Assembly (NCBI RefSeq): GCF_000196355.1
Contig: NC_007617.1
Location: forward strand, 1 to 14,159
DNA: 14,159 bases
Direction of reading: 5' to 3'
From: Nitrosospira multiformis ATCC 25196
GTDB lineage: Bacteria > Pseudomonadota > Gammaproteobacteria > Burkholderiales > Nitrosomonadaceae
Shown: one piece after another, positions 14,132 through 14,159 of the stretch
Layout: each line of letters opens with the position of its first letter
How positions within the stretch are numbered: the first letter of the stretch is position 1
Position numbers and translations under genes: made by a program
The notes under the pieces: model-generated
Seen by the model: only the letters and a program-made list of their open reading frames with translations
Told to the model about the DNA's origin: nothing
The model's database searches: none

Positions 14132-14159
14132 TGCTCTAGAACCTCTACCAAAAACGTCT

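Overview
This 14.2 kb window looks like a mobilizable, iteron-controlled plasmid, possibly the complete circle linearised inside a gene. From left to right it carries: a minus-strand CDS (1-653) missed by the ORF track; a serine recombinase; a HigBA-like toxin-antitoxin pair; a ParA / ribbon-helix-helix partition cassette bracketed by identical 13-bp repeats; a replication initiator followed by iterons and a DnaA box; a long non-coding region rich in hairpins and phased repeats; a TraD/MobC-like gene and a MOBQ relaxase divergently transcribed around a well-formed oriT (stem-loop plus TAAGCGCG|CCTT nic-like core); a minus-strand cargo block (small two-TM protein, trypsin-like S1 protease with an R|IIGG zymogen motif, a 229-aa unknown, and a lipoprotein) interrupted by an IS3-family element; and an XRE regulator / ImmA-IrrE peptidase / DUF3892-like unit with the same 15-bp operator-like element at both promoters. 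The best candidate for an undescribed system is the minus-strand TM protein plus cytosolic trypsin-zymogen pair (8117-9358), with possible partners at 9505-10194 and 11394-12149. No database search was possible; family names come from motif recognition.
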